A DNA stretch of 64,000 nt, from assembly GCA_963747235.1 (NCBI GenBank), contig CAVVEU010000004.1, positions 32,001 through 96,000 of the forward strand, written 5' to 3'. Shown piece by piece: positions 21,682 to 30,468 of the stretch (positions within the stretch are counted from its first letter, which is position 1; each line of letters begins with the position of its first letter). The notes below the pieces were generated by a model that made no database searches, was not told the DNA's origin, and saw nothing but the letters and a program-made list of their open reading frames with translations. Source of the stretch: an uncultured Candidatus Rokubacteria bacterium (GTDB lineage: Bacteria; Methylomirabilota; Methylomirabilia; Rokubacteriales; CSP1-6). The position numbers and the translations under genes are program-made.

Positions 21682-22761
21682 ATGAAAGCAGCCGTGTTCC
21701 ACGGGCCGCATCAGCCGCTCACGATCGAGAACGTCGACATCGACAAGCCCATCGGCCGCGAGGTGCTGGTGCGCACGGTGGCCTCCGGCGTGTGCCACAG
21801 CGATCTGCACTTCGTGGATGGCTTCTACCCGTTCCCCACCCCCGCCATCCTCGGCCACGAGGCGGCCGGCATCGTCGAGGCGGTGGGGCTGCAGGTGAGC
21901 GAGTTCAAGCCGGGCGATCACGTCATCGCCTGCCTGTCCGTCTTCTGCGGGCACTGCGACTACTGCCTCACCGGCAAGACCCATCTCTGCCAGACGCGGC
22001 CGGTGCGGGCCAAGACGGATCCGCCGAAGCTCTCGTGGAAGGGCCAGCCGGTCAACCAGTTCGCCAATCTCTCCGCCTACGCGGAGCAGATGCTGGTGCA
22101 CGAGAACGCGCTGGTGAAGATCGACGACAGCATGCCGCTCGACCGCGCGGCCCTGATCGGCTGCGGGGTCACCACCGGGGTGGGCGCGGTGCTGAACACC
22201 GCGCGCATCGAGGCGGGCTCGACCGTCGCGGTCTTCGGCGCCGGCGGCGTGGGCCTGGCCGCGGTGCAGGGGGCGCGCATCGCGGGCGCCCGCATGATCA
22301 TCGCGGTGGACACCGTCGAGTCCAAGCTGGCCACCGCCAAGGAGCTCGGCGCCACCCACGGGGTGAACGCCAAGGCCGACGACCCGGTCAAGCAGATCCG
22401 GGCCCTGACCAACGGCGGGGTGGACTACTCCTTCGAGTGCATCGGCCTCAAGCTCGCGGCCGAGCAGTGCTTCGACTGCATCAAGCCCGGCGGCACCGCC
22501 ACCATCGTGGGCATGATCCCGGTGGGGCAGAAGATCGAGCTGGACGGCCCGATGTTCCTCCGCGAGAAGAAGATCCAGGGCTGCAGCATGGGCAGCAATC
22601 GCTTCAAGGTGGACATGCCCCACTACATCGAGCTCTACCGGCAGGGGCGGCTCAAGCTGGACGAGATGATCACCCGCCGCGGCAAGCTCGAGGACGTCAA
22701 CGAGGCGTTCCGCGCGATGAAGGCGGGCGAGGTCTCACGCACCGTGCTGATGCTCGGATAG
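21682..22761 (+). CDS. Zn-dependent alcohol dehydrogenase (class III-like)
   Basis: GVCHSD, GHE, CGHCDYC...C, GCGVTTG, GAGGVG. Confidence 0.95.
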   Translation: MKAAVFHGPHQPLTIENVDIDKPIGREVLVRTVASGVCHSDLHFVDGFYPFPTPAILGHEAAGIVEAVGLQVSEFKPGDHVIACLSVFCGHCDYCLTGKTHLCQTRPVRAKTDPPKLSWKGQPVNQFANLSAYAEQMLVHENALVKIDDSMPLDRAALIGCGVTTGVGAVLNTARIEAGSTVAVFGAGGVGLAAVQGARIAGARMIIAVDTVESKLATAKELGATHGVNAKADDPVKQIRALTNGGVDYSFECIGLKLAAEQCFDCIKPGGTATIVGMIPVGQKIELDGPMFLREKKIQGCSMGSNRFKVDMPHYIELYRQGRLKLDEMITRRGKLEDVNEAFRAMKAGEVSRTVLMLG

Positions 22762-22785
22762 GCCTCTGCTACACTACGGAGCGAC

Positions 22786-23085
22786 ATGACCGACAACACC
22801 CCGAAGAGCGCGCTCGAGCTGGCGATGGAGCGGCTCCGGCAGAAGGACAAGGACTCGAACGCGCCCGATCGGCCGCTCACCGACGAGCAGAAGGCGGCCA
22901 TCGCCGAGGTCCGGCAGATGTACCAGGCCAAGGGCGCCGAGCGCGAGATCCTGCACCAGGCCGCGATGCGGAAGGCGGCCAGCCACGAGGAAGTCGAGCA
23001 GCTCAACGAGGGGCTGCGGCGCGATACGGAACGGATGGCGGGCGAGCGGGATCGCAAGATCGCCGCGATCAGGGAAGGGAGGTGA
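22786..23085 (+). CDS. Hypothetical helical protein
   Basis: KSALELAMERL...LTDEQKAAIAEVR; good codon bias; TACACT -10 upstream. Confidence 0.8.
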   Translation: MTDNTPKSALELAMERLRQKDKDSNAPDRPLTDEQKAAIAEVRQMYQAKGAEREILHQAAMRKAASHEEVEQLNEGLRRDTERMAGERDRKIAAIREGR

Positions 23086-23089
23086 GCAC

Positions 23090-23149
23090 ATGGCCAAGGG
23101 CCGGAGCATGAAGAAGGAGAAGAAGAAGCCGAAGAAGGAGAAGAAGTAG
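23090..23149 (+). CDS. 19-aa Lys-rich small protein MAKGRSMKKEKKKPKKEKK
   Basis: Strong GGAGGTGA SD, ATG 23090, TAG 23149; fills the gap between 23085 and 23156. Confidence 0.65.
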   Translation: MAKGRSMKKEKKKPKKEKK

Positions 23150-23155
23150 CCGAGC

Positions 23156-24988
23156 GTGCCCCGTTCGCTTCTTCTGAGCTGTGAGGGGGTGGGCAAGGCG
23201 CACGGCCCCCGGTCCCTCTTCGAGGGGCTGTCGTTCGGGCTCTTCGAGGGGGACCAGGTGGGGCTGGTGGGGCCCAACGGGGCCGGCAAGTCCACCCTCC
23301 TGCGCATCCTCGCCGGCATCGAATCGCCCGACCGCGGCCAGCGCTCGCTCCGCAGCGGCGTGCGCGTGGGCTACGTCCCGCAGGATCCCGTCTTCCCGCC
23401 CGAGGGCACCGTCGAGGACGTCCTGACCGCCGTGCTCGCCTCGCTGGACGAGTACGAGCGCGCGGGACGCATCGCCCAGGCCCTGGGCCGCGCCGGGTTC
23501 GACGACGGGCGCGCCGAGGTGGCCGCGCTCTCCGGGGGCTGGCGCAAGCGCCTGGCGATCGCGCGCGAGCTGGCGGGCGAGCCCGACGTCCTGCTGATGG
23601 ACGAGCCCACGAACCACCTGGACGTCGAGGGCATCCTCTGGCTGGAGGGCCTGCTCACCGAGCGGGGGCAGCGCGCCTGTCTCGTGGTGAGCCACGACCG
23701 CTACTTCCTGGAGCACGTGGCCACGCGCATGCTCGAGGTCAACCGCATCTACCCGAGCGGCCTCTTCGAGACCGAGGGCCGCTACAGCGAGTTCCTCACC
23801 CGGCGCGACGAGTTCCTGCGGGGCCAGGCCGCCTACGAGGAGTCCCTCGCCAATACCGTCCGCCGCGAGATCGAGTGGCTGCGACGGGGCGCCAAGGCCC
23901 GCTCCACCAAGGCGAAGGGCCGCATCAAGGAAGCGGATCGGCTGATCGAGGAGCTCGGCGACGCGCGCGCGCGGGCGGCCACCCGCACCGCCGACATCGA
24001 CTTCACCGCCTCCGGCCGGCGCTCGCGCCGGCTGCTCGTCGCCCAGGGGCTGACCAAATCGCTCGGCGGTCGGACGCTGGTGCGGAACCTCGATCTCATC
24101 ATCACGCCGGGCACGCGCATCGGGCTCATGGGGCCGAACGGCAGCGGCAAGACCACCCTGCTCAACGTGCTGGCGGGCGCGCTCGCGCCCGACGCGGGCA
24201 CGATCGAGCGCGCGGAGGACCTGCGCGTCGTCCGGTTCGAGCAGCAGCGGCCGGGGCTCGATCCCACGCAGTCGCTGCGGCGGGCCCTCGCCCCCGAGGG
24301 CGACACGGTGACCTTCCAGGGTCGGACCCTGCACGTGGCGGCCTGGGCCAAGCGCTTCCTGTTCCCGCCCGACCAGCTCGAGGTGTCGGTGGGCCGGCTC
24401 TCGGGCGGCGAGCAGGCCCGCATCCACATCGCGCGGCTGATGCGCGAGCCCGCCGATCTCCTGATCCTCGACGAGCCGACCAACGATCTCGACATCCCGA
24501 CGCTCGACGTGCTGGAGGAGAGCCTGACCACGTTCGAGGGCGGCCTGGTGCTGGTGACGCATGACCGGTTCATGCTCGATCGGGTGGCGACCGGCATCGT
24601 GGCGCTGGATGGGCGCGGGGGGGCGGAGAAGTTCGCCGACTACGCGCAGTGGGAAGCGGCGCGGGTCGCTTCGCGGAAGACGAGCGGGCCTCCCCTCACC
24701 ACCACACCCCTCACCCTGCCCTCTCCCCAGAGGGGAGAGGGAGAGAGGGGGAAGCCGCGGAAGAAGCTCGGGTATCTGGAGCAGCGGGAGCTCGACACGA
24801 TGGAGGCGACGATCCTGGCGGCGGAGACCGCGCTGGAGGCCTGCCGCCGGGCGGCGGAGGACCCGGGCATCGCCTCCGATCCGGCCGCGCTGCAGGCGCG
24901 CTACGCGGCGCTCGAGGCCGCCCGCGCCGAGGTGGACCGGCTCTACGCCCGCTGGGCGGAGCTGACCGCGAAAGGAGACACACGATGA
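23156..24988 (+). CDS. ABC-F family ATPase (Uup-like)
   Basis: Two NBDs (GPNGAGKS, LSGGW, DEPTNHLD; GPNGSGKT, LSGGE, DEPTNDLD), ARSTKAKGRI linker, C-terminal KKLGY...LYARW domain; no TM segments. Confidence 0.93.
   Translation: MPRSLLLSCEGVGKAHGPRSLFEGLSFGLFEGDQVGLVGPNGAGKSTLLRILAGIESPDRGQRSLRSGVRVGYVPQDPVFPPEGTVEDVLTAVLASLDEYERAGRIAQALGRAGFDDGRAEVAALSGGWRKRLAIARELAGEPDVLLMDEPTNHLDVEGILWLEGLLTERGQRACLVVSHDRYFLEHVATRMLEVNRIYPSGLFETEGRYSEFLTRRDEFLRGQAAYEESLANTVRREIEWLRRGAKARSTKAKGRIKEADRLIEELGDARARAATRTADIDFTASGRRSRRLLVAQGLTKSLGGRTLVRNLDLIITPGTRIGLMGPNGSGKTTLLNVLAGALAPDAGTIERAEDLRVVRFEQQRPGLDPTQSLRRALAPEGDTVTFQGRTLHVAAWAKRFLFPPDQLEVSVGRLSGGEQARIHIARLMREPADLLILDEPTNDLDIPTLDVLEESLTTFEGGLVLVTHDRFMLDRVATGIVALDGRGGAEKFADYAQWEAARVASRKTSGPPLTTTPLTLPSPQRGEGERGKPRKKLGYLEQRELDTMEATILAAETALEACRRAAEDPGIASDPAALQARYAALEAARAEVDRLYARWAELTAKGDTR
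24707..24741. repeat. REP-like palindrome family A, copy 2 (in frame inside ABC-F gene)
   Basis: CCCCTCACCCTG-CCCTCTCCCC-aga-GGGGAGAGGG, translated as PLTLPSPQRGEG. Confidence 0.9.
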
Positions 24989-25275
24989 GCGATGCGGACG
25001 CGGTGCCCACCGTCAAGGTCGACAATGCGCGCGTGCGGGTGACCGAGTGGCGCTTCGCGCCCGGCGCGCGGACCGGCCACCATCGTCACGAGTACGCCTA
25101 CGTGGTGGTGCCGCTCACCACCGGCTCGCTGACCGCCACCGGCGCGGCGGGCGAGACGACCAACGCGCTCCGCGCCGGCGAGCCCTATTTTCGCGACGCG
25201 GGGGTCGAGCACGACGTGCGCAACGCGAATTCCTTCGAGTTCACCTTCATCGAGATCGAGCTCAAGGACACATGA
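24985..25275 (+). CDS. Small cupin protein
   Basis: DNARVRVTEWRFAPGARTGHHRH, AGVEHDV; AAAGGAG RBS. Confidence 0.88.
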   Translation: MSDADAVPTVKVDNARVRVTEWRFAPGARTGHHRHEYAYVVVPLTTGSLTATGAAGETTNALRAGEPYFRDAGVEHDVRNANSFEFTFIEIELKDT

Positions 25276-25385
25276 GAGACGTGCTAGTGTTGTAAGGCCT
25301 TCCTCTGGGCCCCCGCGGCTCACCGGCATCTGGCTCGACCTCGACCTCGCTCACCGGTTTCACGTCCCGTCTCGAAGGGAGCCCC

Positions 25386-25529
25386 ATGAAGAAGAAGCCA
25401 CCAGGAGTCTTCTCGCTCATCGTCACCGCGTTCACGGGCTTCGGCGCCCACATCGTGGCCCTGTGCGTCACGGGCCGGGACCGCCTCCTCGCCTTCCAGG
25501 GGCGGAAGGCGCGGCACGGGAAGCGGTAG
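25386..25529 (+). CDS. 47-aa hypothetical protein with hydrophobic core
   Basis: GAAGGGAG SD; MKKKPPGVFSLIVTAFTGFGAHIVALCV...; below the ORF-track cutoff. Confidence 0.5.
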   Translation: MKKKPPGVFSLIVTAFTGFGAHIVALCVTGRDRLLAFQGRKARHGKR

Positions 25530-25537
25530 GCGCCCTC

Positions 25538-25816
25538 ATGGCCCTGCCCTCCACGGTCTTTACCGCCGGAGACTTCATCCGGCGCGTCGTCGACAGCCTG
25601 CTGCACGGCGATCACCGGGGCCAGTTCCTCTGCGCGCGGTGCCTCGTCAAGCTGGCGAAGGACAACCTGGACCGGAGCTACATGAAGCCGGACATCGCGC
25701 GGGTGATGGACGACATCTTCGCCACCCCGGGCTCGCTCACGCTCGCGCCCGCGAGCCTCTGCGCGCTGTGCGCGAGGAAGAAGGTCGCGTGTCTCGGAGC
25801 GTCGGCCGCGCGCTGA
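25538..25816 (+). CDS. Small protein with two CxxC motifs (putative Zn-binding)
   Basis: FLCARCL and LCALCAR. Confidence 0.7.
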   Translation: MALPSTVFTAGDFIRRVVDSLLHGDHRGQFLCARCLVKLAKDNLDRSYMKPDIARVMDDIFATPGSLTLAPASLCALCARKKVACLGASAAR

Positions 25817-25830
25817 CGCGAGAGCTCCCC

Positions 25831-26097
25831 ATGTGCGTGTACTGCCGGGAAGATGCCGCCTGCGAGCACGAGCGCGATTCCTGCGCGGCCAGCGGCGGGG
25901 ACACGTGCGCGGCCTGCGGCCACACCTCCGCGGCGCTGCCCTGGCGCCCGCCCGCGTTTCCCGGTCCGGGGCCGCGGTGGAGCCGGCCGAGGCCTCGGGT
26001 GGTCAGGAGCCGGCCGAGCGGAGCACGCCCGGCGGGGCCTGGGGCGGCGGGGCCTGCGAATCCCCCACCGCCGCGAGCTCGCGGCGGTGGGCGCTGA
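25831..26097 (+). CDS. Small Cys-rich hypothetical protein
   Basis: MCVYC...C.HE...C...CAACGH; 3' end uncertain. Confidence 0.45.
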   Translation: MCVYCREDAACEHERDSCAASGGDTCAACGHTSAALPWRPPAFPGPGPRWSRPRPRVVRSRPSGARPAGPGAAGPANPPPPRARGGGR

Positions 26098-26106
26098 TCG
26101 TTCGGA

Positions 26107-26310
26107 CTAGCGGGTCACGCCGCTACGCGCGCGGCTGAGCCACTGGATATCCAGGTCGTGATCGGTCCAGCCGTGGGTACGGAGATGGGCGATCCAGGCC
26201 TTGACGGTGGCGGCGGGGACTTCGAGATCGGTCGGATCGACCTCGACGGGGGACGCGCAGCGCGCGGGCTTGCTGGGCGGTGGTGGCTTCGTGGGGTTGG
26301 CGACATCCAT
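26107..26310 (-). CDS. Hypothetical protein
   Basis: GGAGA SD before ATG; 67 aa. Confidence 0.55.
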   Translation of the reverse strand: MDVANPTKPPPPSKPARCASPVEVDPTDLEVPAATVKAWIAHLRTHGWTDHDLDIQWLSRARSGVTR

Positions 26311-26344
26311 GTCGGTCTCCGTGACGTCGTGAGAGGCGAACCGG

Positions 26345-26551
26345 CTACTCGGCGATCATCCGCTGGTTGATCTCGTCGGTGAAGAGCGCGAGCGTGAGCG
26401 GGCACGGCGGCTCGTTCTCGTCGATGTACTGGCAGTCCTTCTCGCTGCACGCGACGAAGAGCTTGCCCCGGCCGGCCATGGAATTCCGCCGCCGCAGCGT
26501 GATGGACACGGACTCGGATACGACCCCGCAGGTGAAGGACTTCGACGGCAT
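26345..26551 (-). CDS. Small four-Cys hypothetical protein
   Basis: FTC...ACSEKDCQY...PCPL; AAAGGAG SD (start could be GTG 26560). Confidence 0.65.
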   Translation of the reverse strand: MPSKSFTCGVVSESVSITLRRRNSMAGRGKLFVACSEKDCQYIDENEPPCPLTLALFTDEINQRMIAE

Positions 26552-26716
26552 GCGACTCACGCGGACTCCTTTGCGAGAAACAGCGGCGGTGACACGACGA
26601 GAGCGTGAGGTGCGGGCGAGGGCGATGAACGATGGCAGGGTCGCTACGGCCTACCAGTATCTTCAGCGAAGACACGACCAGTATAGCTGATCGCGCGCGG
26701 CCGCAGGAGGCCCATT

Positions 26717-27601
26717 TCAGCGCGGCGCGGCAATGAGCGAGCGGAGCACCGCGATGATCGCGGAGTTGTCGTGGTCGCCCAGGCCGCCCGCCACGCCCGC
26801 GAGCAGGAGCTGCCGGTGGAGCGCGGTCGCCAGCAGCGGGGCGCCCGCCGCGTGGCCCACCTCCAGCATGAGCTCGACGTCCTTCAGGTGCTGCACGAGC
26901 TTGCCTTCCGCCTCGAAATTGCCCTCGATCATGCGCTCGCCCTTGATGTCCATCGCCCGCGAGTAGGCCGAGCTGTCCTTGAGGATGGCGAGCAGGGCCG
27001 TCCCGTCGAGGCCCTGCCGCAGCCCGAACAGCAGGCCCTCGGCGAGAGCCAGCCGGTTGAGCCCGAGGACGAGATTGACGACGAGCTTGGCGCGGGCGCC
27101 CGCGCCGTTCGGGCCGACGTGACGCACGCGCTCGCTGAGCGCGTCCAGGATCGGGCGGCAGCGCGCGAAGACATCGGGATCGCCCCCCACCATCACCGGC
27201 GCCTCGCGCCGGCGCGCCTGCCCGCTCGATCCCGCGACCGGCGCGTCCAGCATCGGGATCCCGCGCGCCGCGAGCCGGGCGGCCAGCGCGGCGGACGCGT
27301 CGGGATGGATCGTGCTGTTGTCGATCACGACGACGCCGGGCGGGGCCGCGTCGATGGCGCCGTCGGGGCCGAGCAGCACGTCGCGGACGAGGTCGGCGGT
27401 CATGAGGCAGGTCATCACCACCGCGGCGCCGCGGGCCGCATCGGCGGGCGAGCGCGCCGGGATGCCGCCCCGCGCCTCGTGCTCGCGCATGCGCTCGGGC
27501 GCGATGTCGAAGCCGCGCACGGTGAAGCCCGCCTTGATCAGGTCCTCGGCGAGCGCCGAGCCCAGCAGGCCCATGCCGATGTACGCGATCACGCCGGCCA
27601 C
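26717..27601 (-). CDS. Beta-hydroxyacid dehydrogenase family protein
   Basis: AYIGMGLLG, DNSTIHP, DAPVAG, KLVVN, HLKD. Confidence 0.9.
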   Translation of the reverse strand: MAGVIAYIGMGLLGSALAEDLIKAGFTVRGFDIAPERMREHEARGGIPARSPADAARGAAVVMTCLMTADLVRDVLLGPDGAIDAAPPGVVVIDNSTIHPDASAALAARLAARGIPMLDAPVAGSSGQARRREAPVMVGGDPDVFARCRPILDALSERVRHVGPNGAGARAKLVVNLVLGLNRLALAEGLLFGLRQGLDGTALLAILKDSSAYSRAMDIKGERMIEGNFEAEGKLVQHLKDVELMLEVGHAAGAPLLATALHRQLLLAGVAGGLGDHDNSAIIAVLRSLIAAPR

Positions 27602-27618
27602 GGTGCGTCTCCGGGCGA

Positions 27619-28374
27619 CTAGCGGGCGGCGGGGGCGGGACGCGCCGGAGTCAGGTGCTCCAGCAGCCGGCCGAAGCCGGTGATCGGGCGGGTGACGCCG
27701 AGGGCGCGGAGCGCGGTCCAGATCGTGGACTGGTTGGAGCTCACCGCGGGCTTGCCGGTGCGGGCCTCGATGGCCGCGATGGCCTCGACCGAGCGCCACG
27801 CGGTGCAGGAGCAGAGCAGGGCGTCCGCCTCGGGCCGGCAGACCCGCGCGGCGAACTCGGCCACTTCCTCCGGGTCCTGATCGTTGATGCCCTGGTTGCC
27901 GGACGCGGCGGCGCGGGGCTCGCCGTCCACGTTCAGCACCTCGAAGCCCTGGGCCTCGAGGTAGGCGCGCAGCCGCTGGTTGTTCCACTCGGGATACGGC
28001 GTGGCCACCGAGAGCCGCCGGGCCCCGAAGAAGCGGAGCGCCTCGACCACCGAGGGGCTGGTGGCCACCGCGGGCACGCCCGCCTCGCGCCGGATCAGCT
28101 CGAGCATCTCGGTGTCCCAGCCCGGGCCCTTGTAGAAGCTGCCGGTGGTGCACCCGTAGACCACGACGTCCACGTGGGCGGTGGCCAGGTAGCGGGCCCC
28201 GCTCTCGATCTCGCCGTTCATGCGGACGTACGCGTCGTCGCCGGTGCCCTCGTTGGTCATCCACAGGCGCTGGCCGTGGATGGTGACGTCGCGCGGGACC
28301 GTCAGCTGGAAGTCGGCCTCGCACGTGGTGTTCGTGGAGGGGATCATCACGCCGATGCGCTTGCGCGGGCTCAT
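27619..28374 (-). CDS. Maleate cis-trans isomerase / Asp-Glu racemase family protein
   Basis: RIGVMIPSTNTTCE, YGCTTGS and CSCTA (both catalytic Cys present), SSNQ. Confidence 0.9.
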   Translation of the reverse strand: MSPRKRIGVMIPSTNTTCEADFQLTVPRDVTIHGQRLWMTNEGTGDDAYVRMNGEIESGARYLATAHVDVVVYGCTTGSFYKGPGWDTEMLELIRREAGVPAVATSPSVVEALRFFGARRLSVATPYPEWNNQRLRAYLEAQGFEVLNVDGEPRAAASGNQGINDQDPEEVAEFAARVCRPEADALLCSCTAWRSVEAIAAIEARTGKPAVSSNQSTIWTALRALGVTRPITGFGRLLEHLTPARPAPAAR

Positions 28375-28910
28375 AGGACGCAGAAGCCCTGCGCCTCGAC
28401 CCCGAGCGGCACGTTGAACTTGCTGCGGAAGTTCTCGAGCGCCACCGCGGCGGTCAGCTCGACGATCTGGGCCTCGTCGTAGCAGGTCTTGAGGCGCGCG
28501 AAGAGCTCGTCGCTCACCCGCTGGCCGGTGATGGTCATGGCCTCCGCGTACTCCAGCGCCACGCGCTCGGCGTCCGAGAAGCGCCGGCTCTCACGCCAGG
28601 TCGGGATCTCGCGCACCTTGTCCTCGTCCGCCCCCGCCTGCATCCCACGGGATGCATTGATGTCGATTCAGAAGGGACAGCCGTTGATCAGGGCGACGCG
28701 GAGGTAGATCAGGGGCAGCAGCGCGGCGGGGAGCCGGCCGGACTTCTCGATGGCGGCGCCGAGCTGCTTGGCCGCCTTCATGATGGGCGGGCAGTGCGCG
28801 AAGACCTTGGTGGGATTCAGGAGCCCGCCGAAGATCTCGCGCTCCCGGGCGAACACGTCCTTCAGGATCGGGTCGCCGCCGTCGTCCTCGATCTCGCTGA
28901 CTCTGGGCAT
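28371..28910 (-). CDS. AhpD/carboxymuconolactone decarboxylase family selenoprotein (UGA at 28668-28670 read as Sec, motif CPFU)
   Basis: ORFs 28668..28928 and 28371..28643 are in the same frame, separated only by TGA in RVALINGCPF*IDIN, where the family has CxxC. Confidence 0.85.
28639..28656 (-). promoter_or_regulatory. Putative bacterial SECIS hairpin
   Basis: UGCAUCC-CGUG-GGAUGCA perfect stem starting 11 nt after the UGA; GU in loop. Confidence 0.7.
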
Positions 28911-28948
28911 GGGAAACGGAGTATACAATAGGGCCCGCGGAGGGCGCG

Positions 28949-29930
28949 ATGAGCGACGTACGGCATCGGACGGTGGAGACGAACGGCATCCGCATGCACG
29001 TGGCCGAGCAGGGCGACGGGCCGCTCGTGCTCCTCTGCCACGGCTTCCCGGAGTCCTGGTACTCCTGGCGCCATCAGCTCGCGGCGCTCGCGGCCGCGGG
29101 CTTCCACGCGGTGGCCCCCGACATGCGCGGCTACGGCCAGACCGACCAGCCGGCGGAGATCGACCAGTACACGCTGCTCCACCTGGTCGGCGACATGGTG
29201 GGCCTGGTGGACGCGCTGGGCGGCGGGCCCGCGGTGATCGCGGGCCACGACTGGGGCGCGCCCGTCGCCTGGCACGCCGCGCTCCTGCGTCCCGACCGCT
29301 TCCGCGCGGTGATCGGACTCAGCGTGCCGTACCGGCCGCGCGGCTCGGTCCGCCCGTCCACCGCGATGCCGCAGACCGACGACGCGATCTTCTACCAGCT
29401 CTACTTCCAGGCCCCGGGCGTGGCGGAGGCGGAGCTCTCGCGGGACGTGCGGAGCAGCATCCGCCGCGTGCTCTACTCGGGCTCGGGCGAGGGCCGGCAG
29501 GCGCGCGTCGGGCTCGGCGATCCCGCCGCGGTCGGCATGGTGCCCCGCGCCGGCGGGTTCCTGAGCCACACCGCCGAGCCGCCCGCGCCGCCGTCCTGGC
29601 TCACCGAGGCCGACGTGGACTTCTACGCCGGCGAGTTCAGCCGCGCGGGCTTTCGCGGCGGGCTCAACTGGTACCGCAACATCGACCGCAACTGGGAGCT
29701 GATGGCCCCGTACGCGGGCGCGCGGGTGACCGTGCCCGCCCTCTACGTTGCGGGCGACCAGGATCTGGTGGTCCACTTCCGCGGCATGGACCAGCTCCTG
29801 CCGAACCTGAAGCAGTTCGTCCCCGAGCTCCGCCGAGACGATCATGCTGCCCGGCTGCGGGCACTGGACGCAGCAGGAGCGCCCGAAGGAAGTCAACGAC
29901 GCAATGATCGCTTTTCTAAACACCCTGTAA
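28949..29930 (+). CDS. Epoxide hydrolase family alpha/beta hydrolase (frameshift ~29835)
   Basis: HGFPESW, PDMRGYG, GHDWGA, LNWYRN, GHWTQQERP in shifted frame ending TAA 29930. Confidence 0.9.
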
Positions 29931-29947
29931 GCCCACAGGAGGCCTCC

Positions 29948-30448
29948 ATGGGACAGACGCTCGAGCAGCTCGCGGCCACGATGCACGACATCCTCGCGGC
30001 GGAGCCCGGCCCCGCCGGGCGCGAGAAGGTTCGCGCGCTGGTCGAGGAGGTGCTCAAGGACGAGGCCTTCGTCGCGAAGCACCTGGGCGACGACGTGCCG
30101 GAGCGCAAGATCCTCTTCGAGGATCCGCAGCTCGGCTTCTGCATCCTCGCCCACGTCTACAAGGGCGCGCGCGAGAGCAATCCCCACGATCACGGCCCGA
30201 CCTGGGCCATCTACGGCCAGGCGCGCGGCGAGACGCTCATGAACGACTGGGCCCTCGTCGAGCCGGCGAGCGACGCGAAGCCCGGGAAGGTGCGGCACGT
30301 GCGGAGCTATCCCCTGAAGCCCGGGATGGCCCACGTCTACAACGAGGGCGATCTCCACTCCCCGCGCCGCGACGGGCCGACGCGCCTCATCCGCATCGAG
30401 GGCCGGAACATGGACAAGGTCAAGCGGCTGGCCTACGACAAGGTCTGA
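29948..30448 (+). CDS. Cysteine-dioxygenase-like cupin
   Basis: PHDHGPTWAIYG, GDLHSP; AGGAGG RBS. Confidence 0.8.
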   Translation: MGQTLEQLAATMHDILAAEPGPAGREKVRALVEEVLKDEAFVAKHLGDDVPERKILFEDPQLGFCILAHVYKGARESNPHDHGPTWAIYGQARGETLMNDWALVEPASDAKPGKVRHVRSYPLKPGMAHVYNEGDLHSPRRDGPTRLIRIEGRNMDKVKRLAYDKV

Positions 30449-30468
30449 GCCAACAGGAGGCCCGAGCC

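Noticed and set aside
28949-30448. Epoxide hydrolase-cupin fusion
   Set aside because: The catalytic His segment GHWTQQE lies in another frame ending at 29930, and the cupin has its own RBS and ATG
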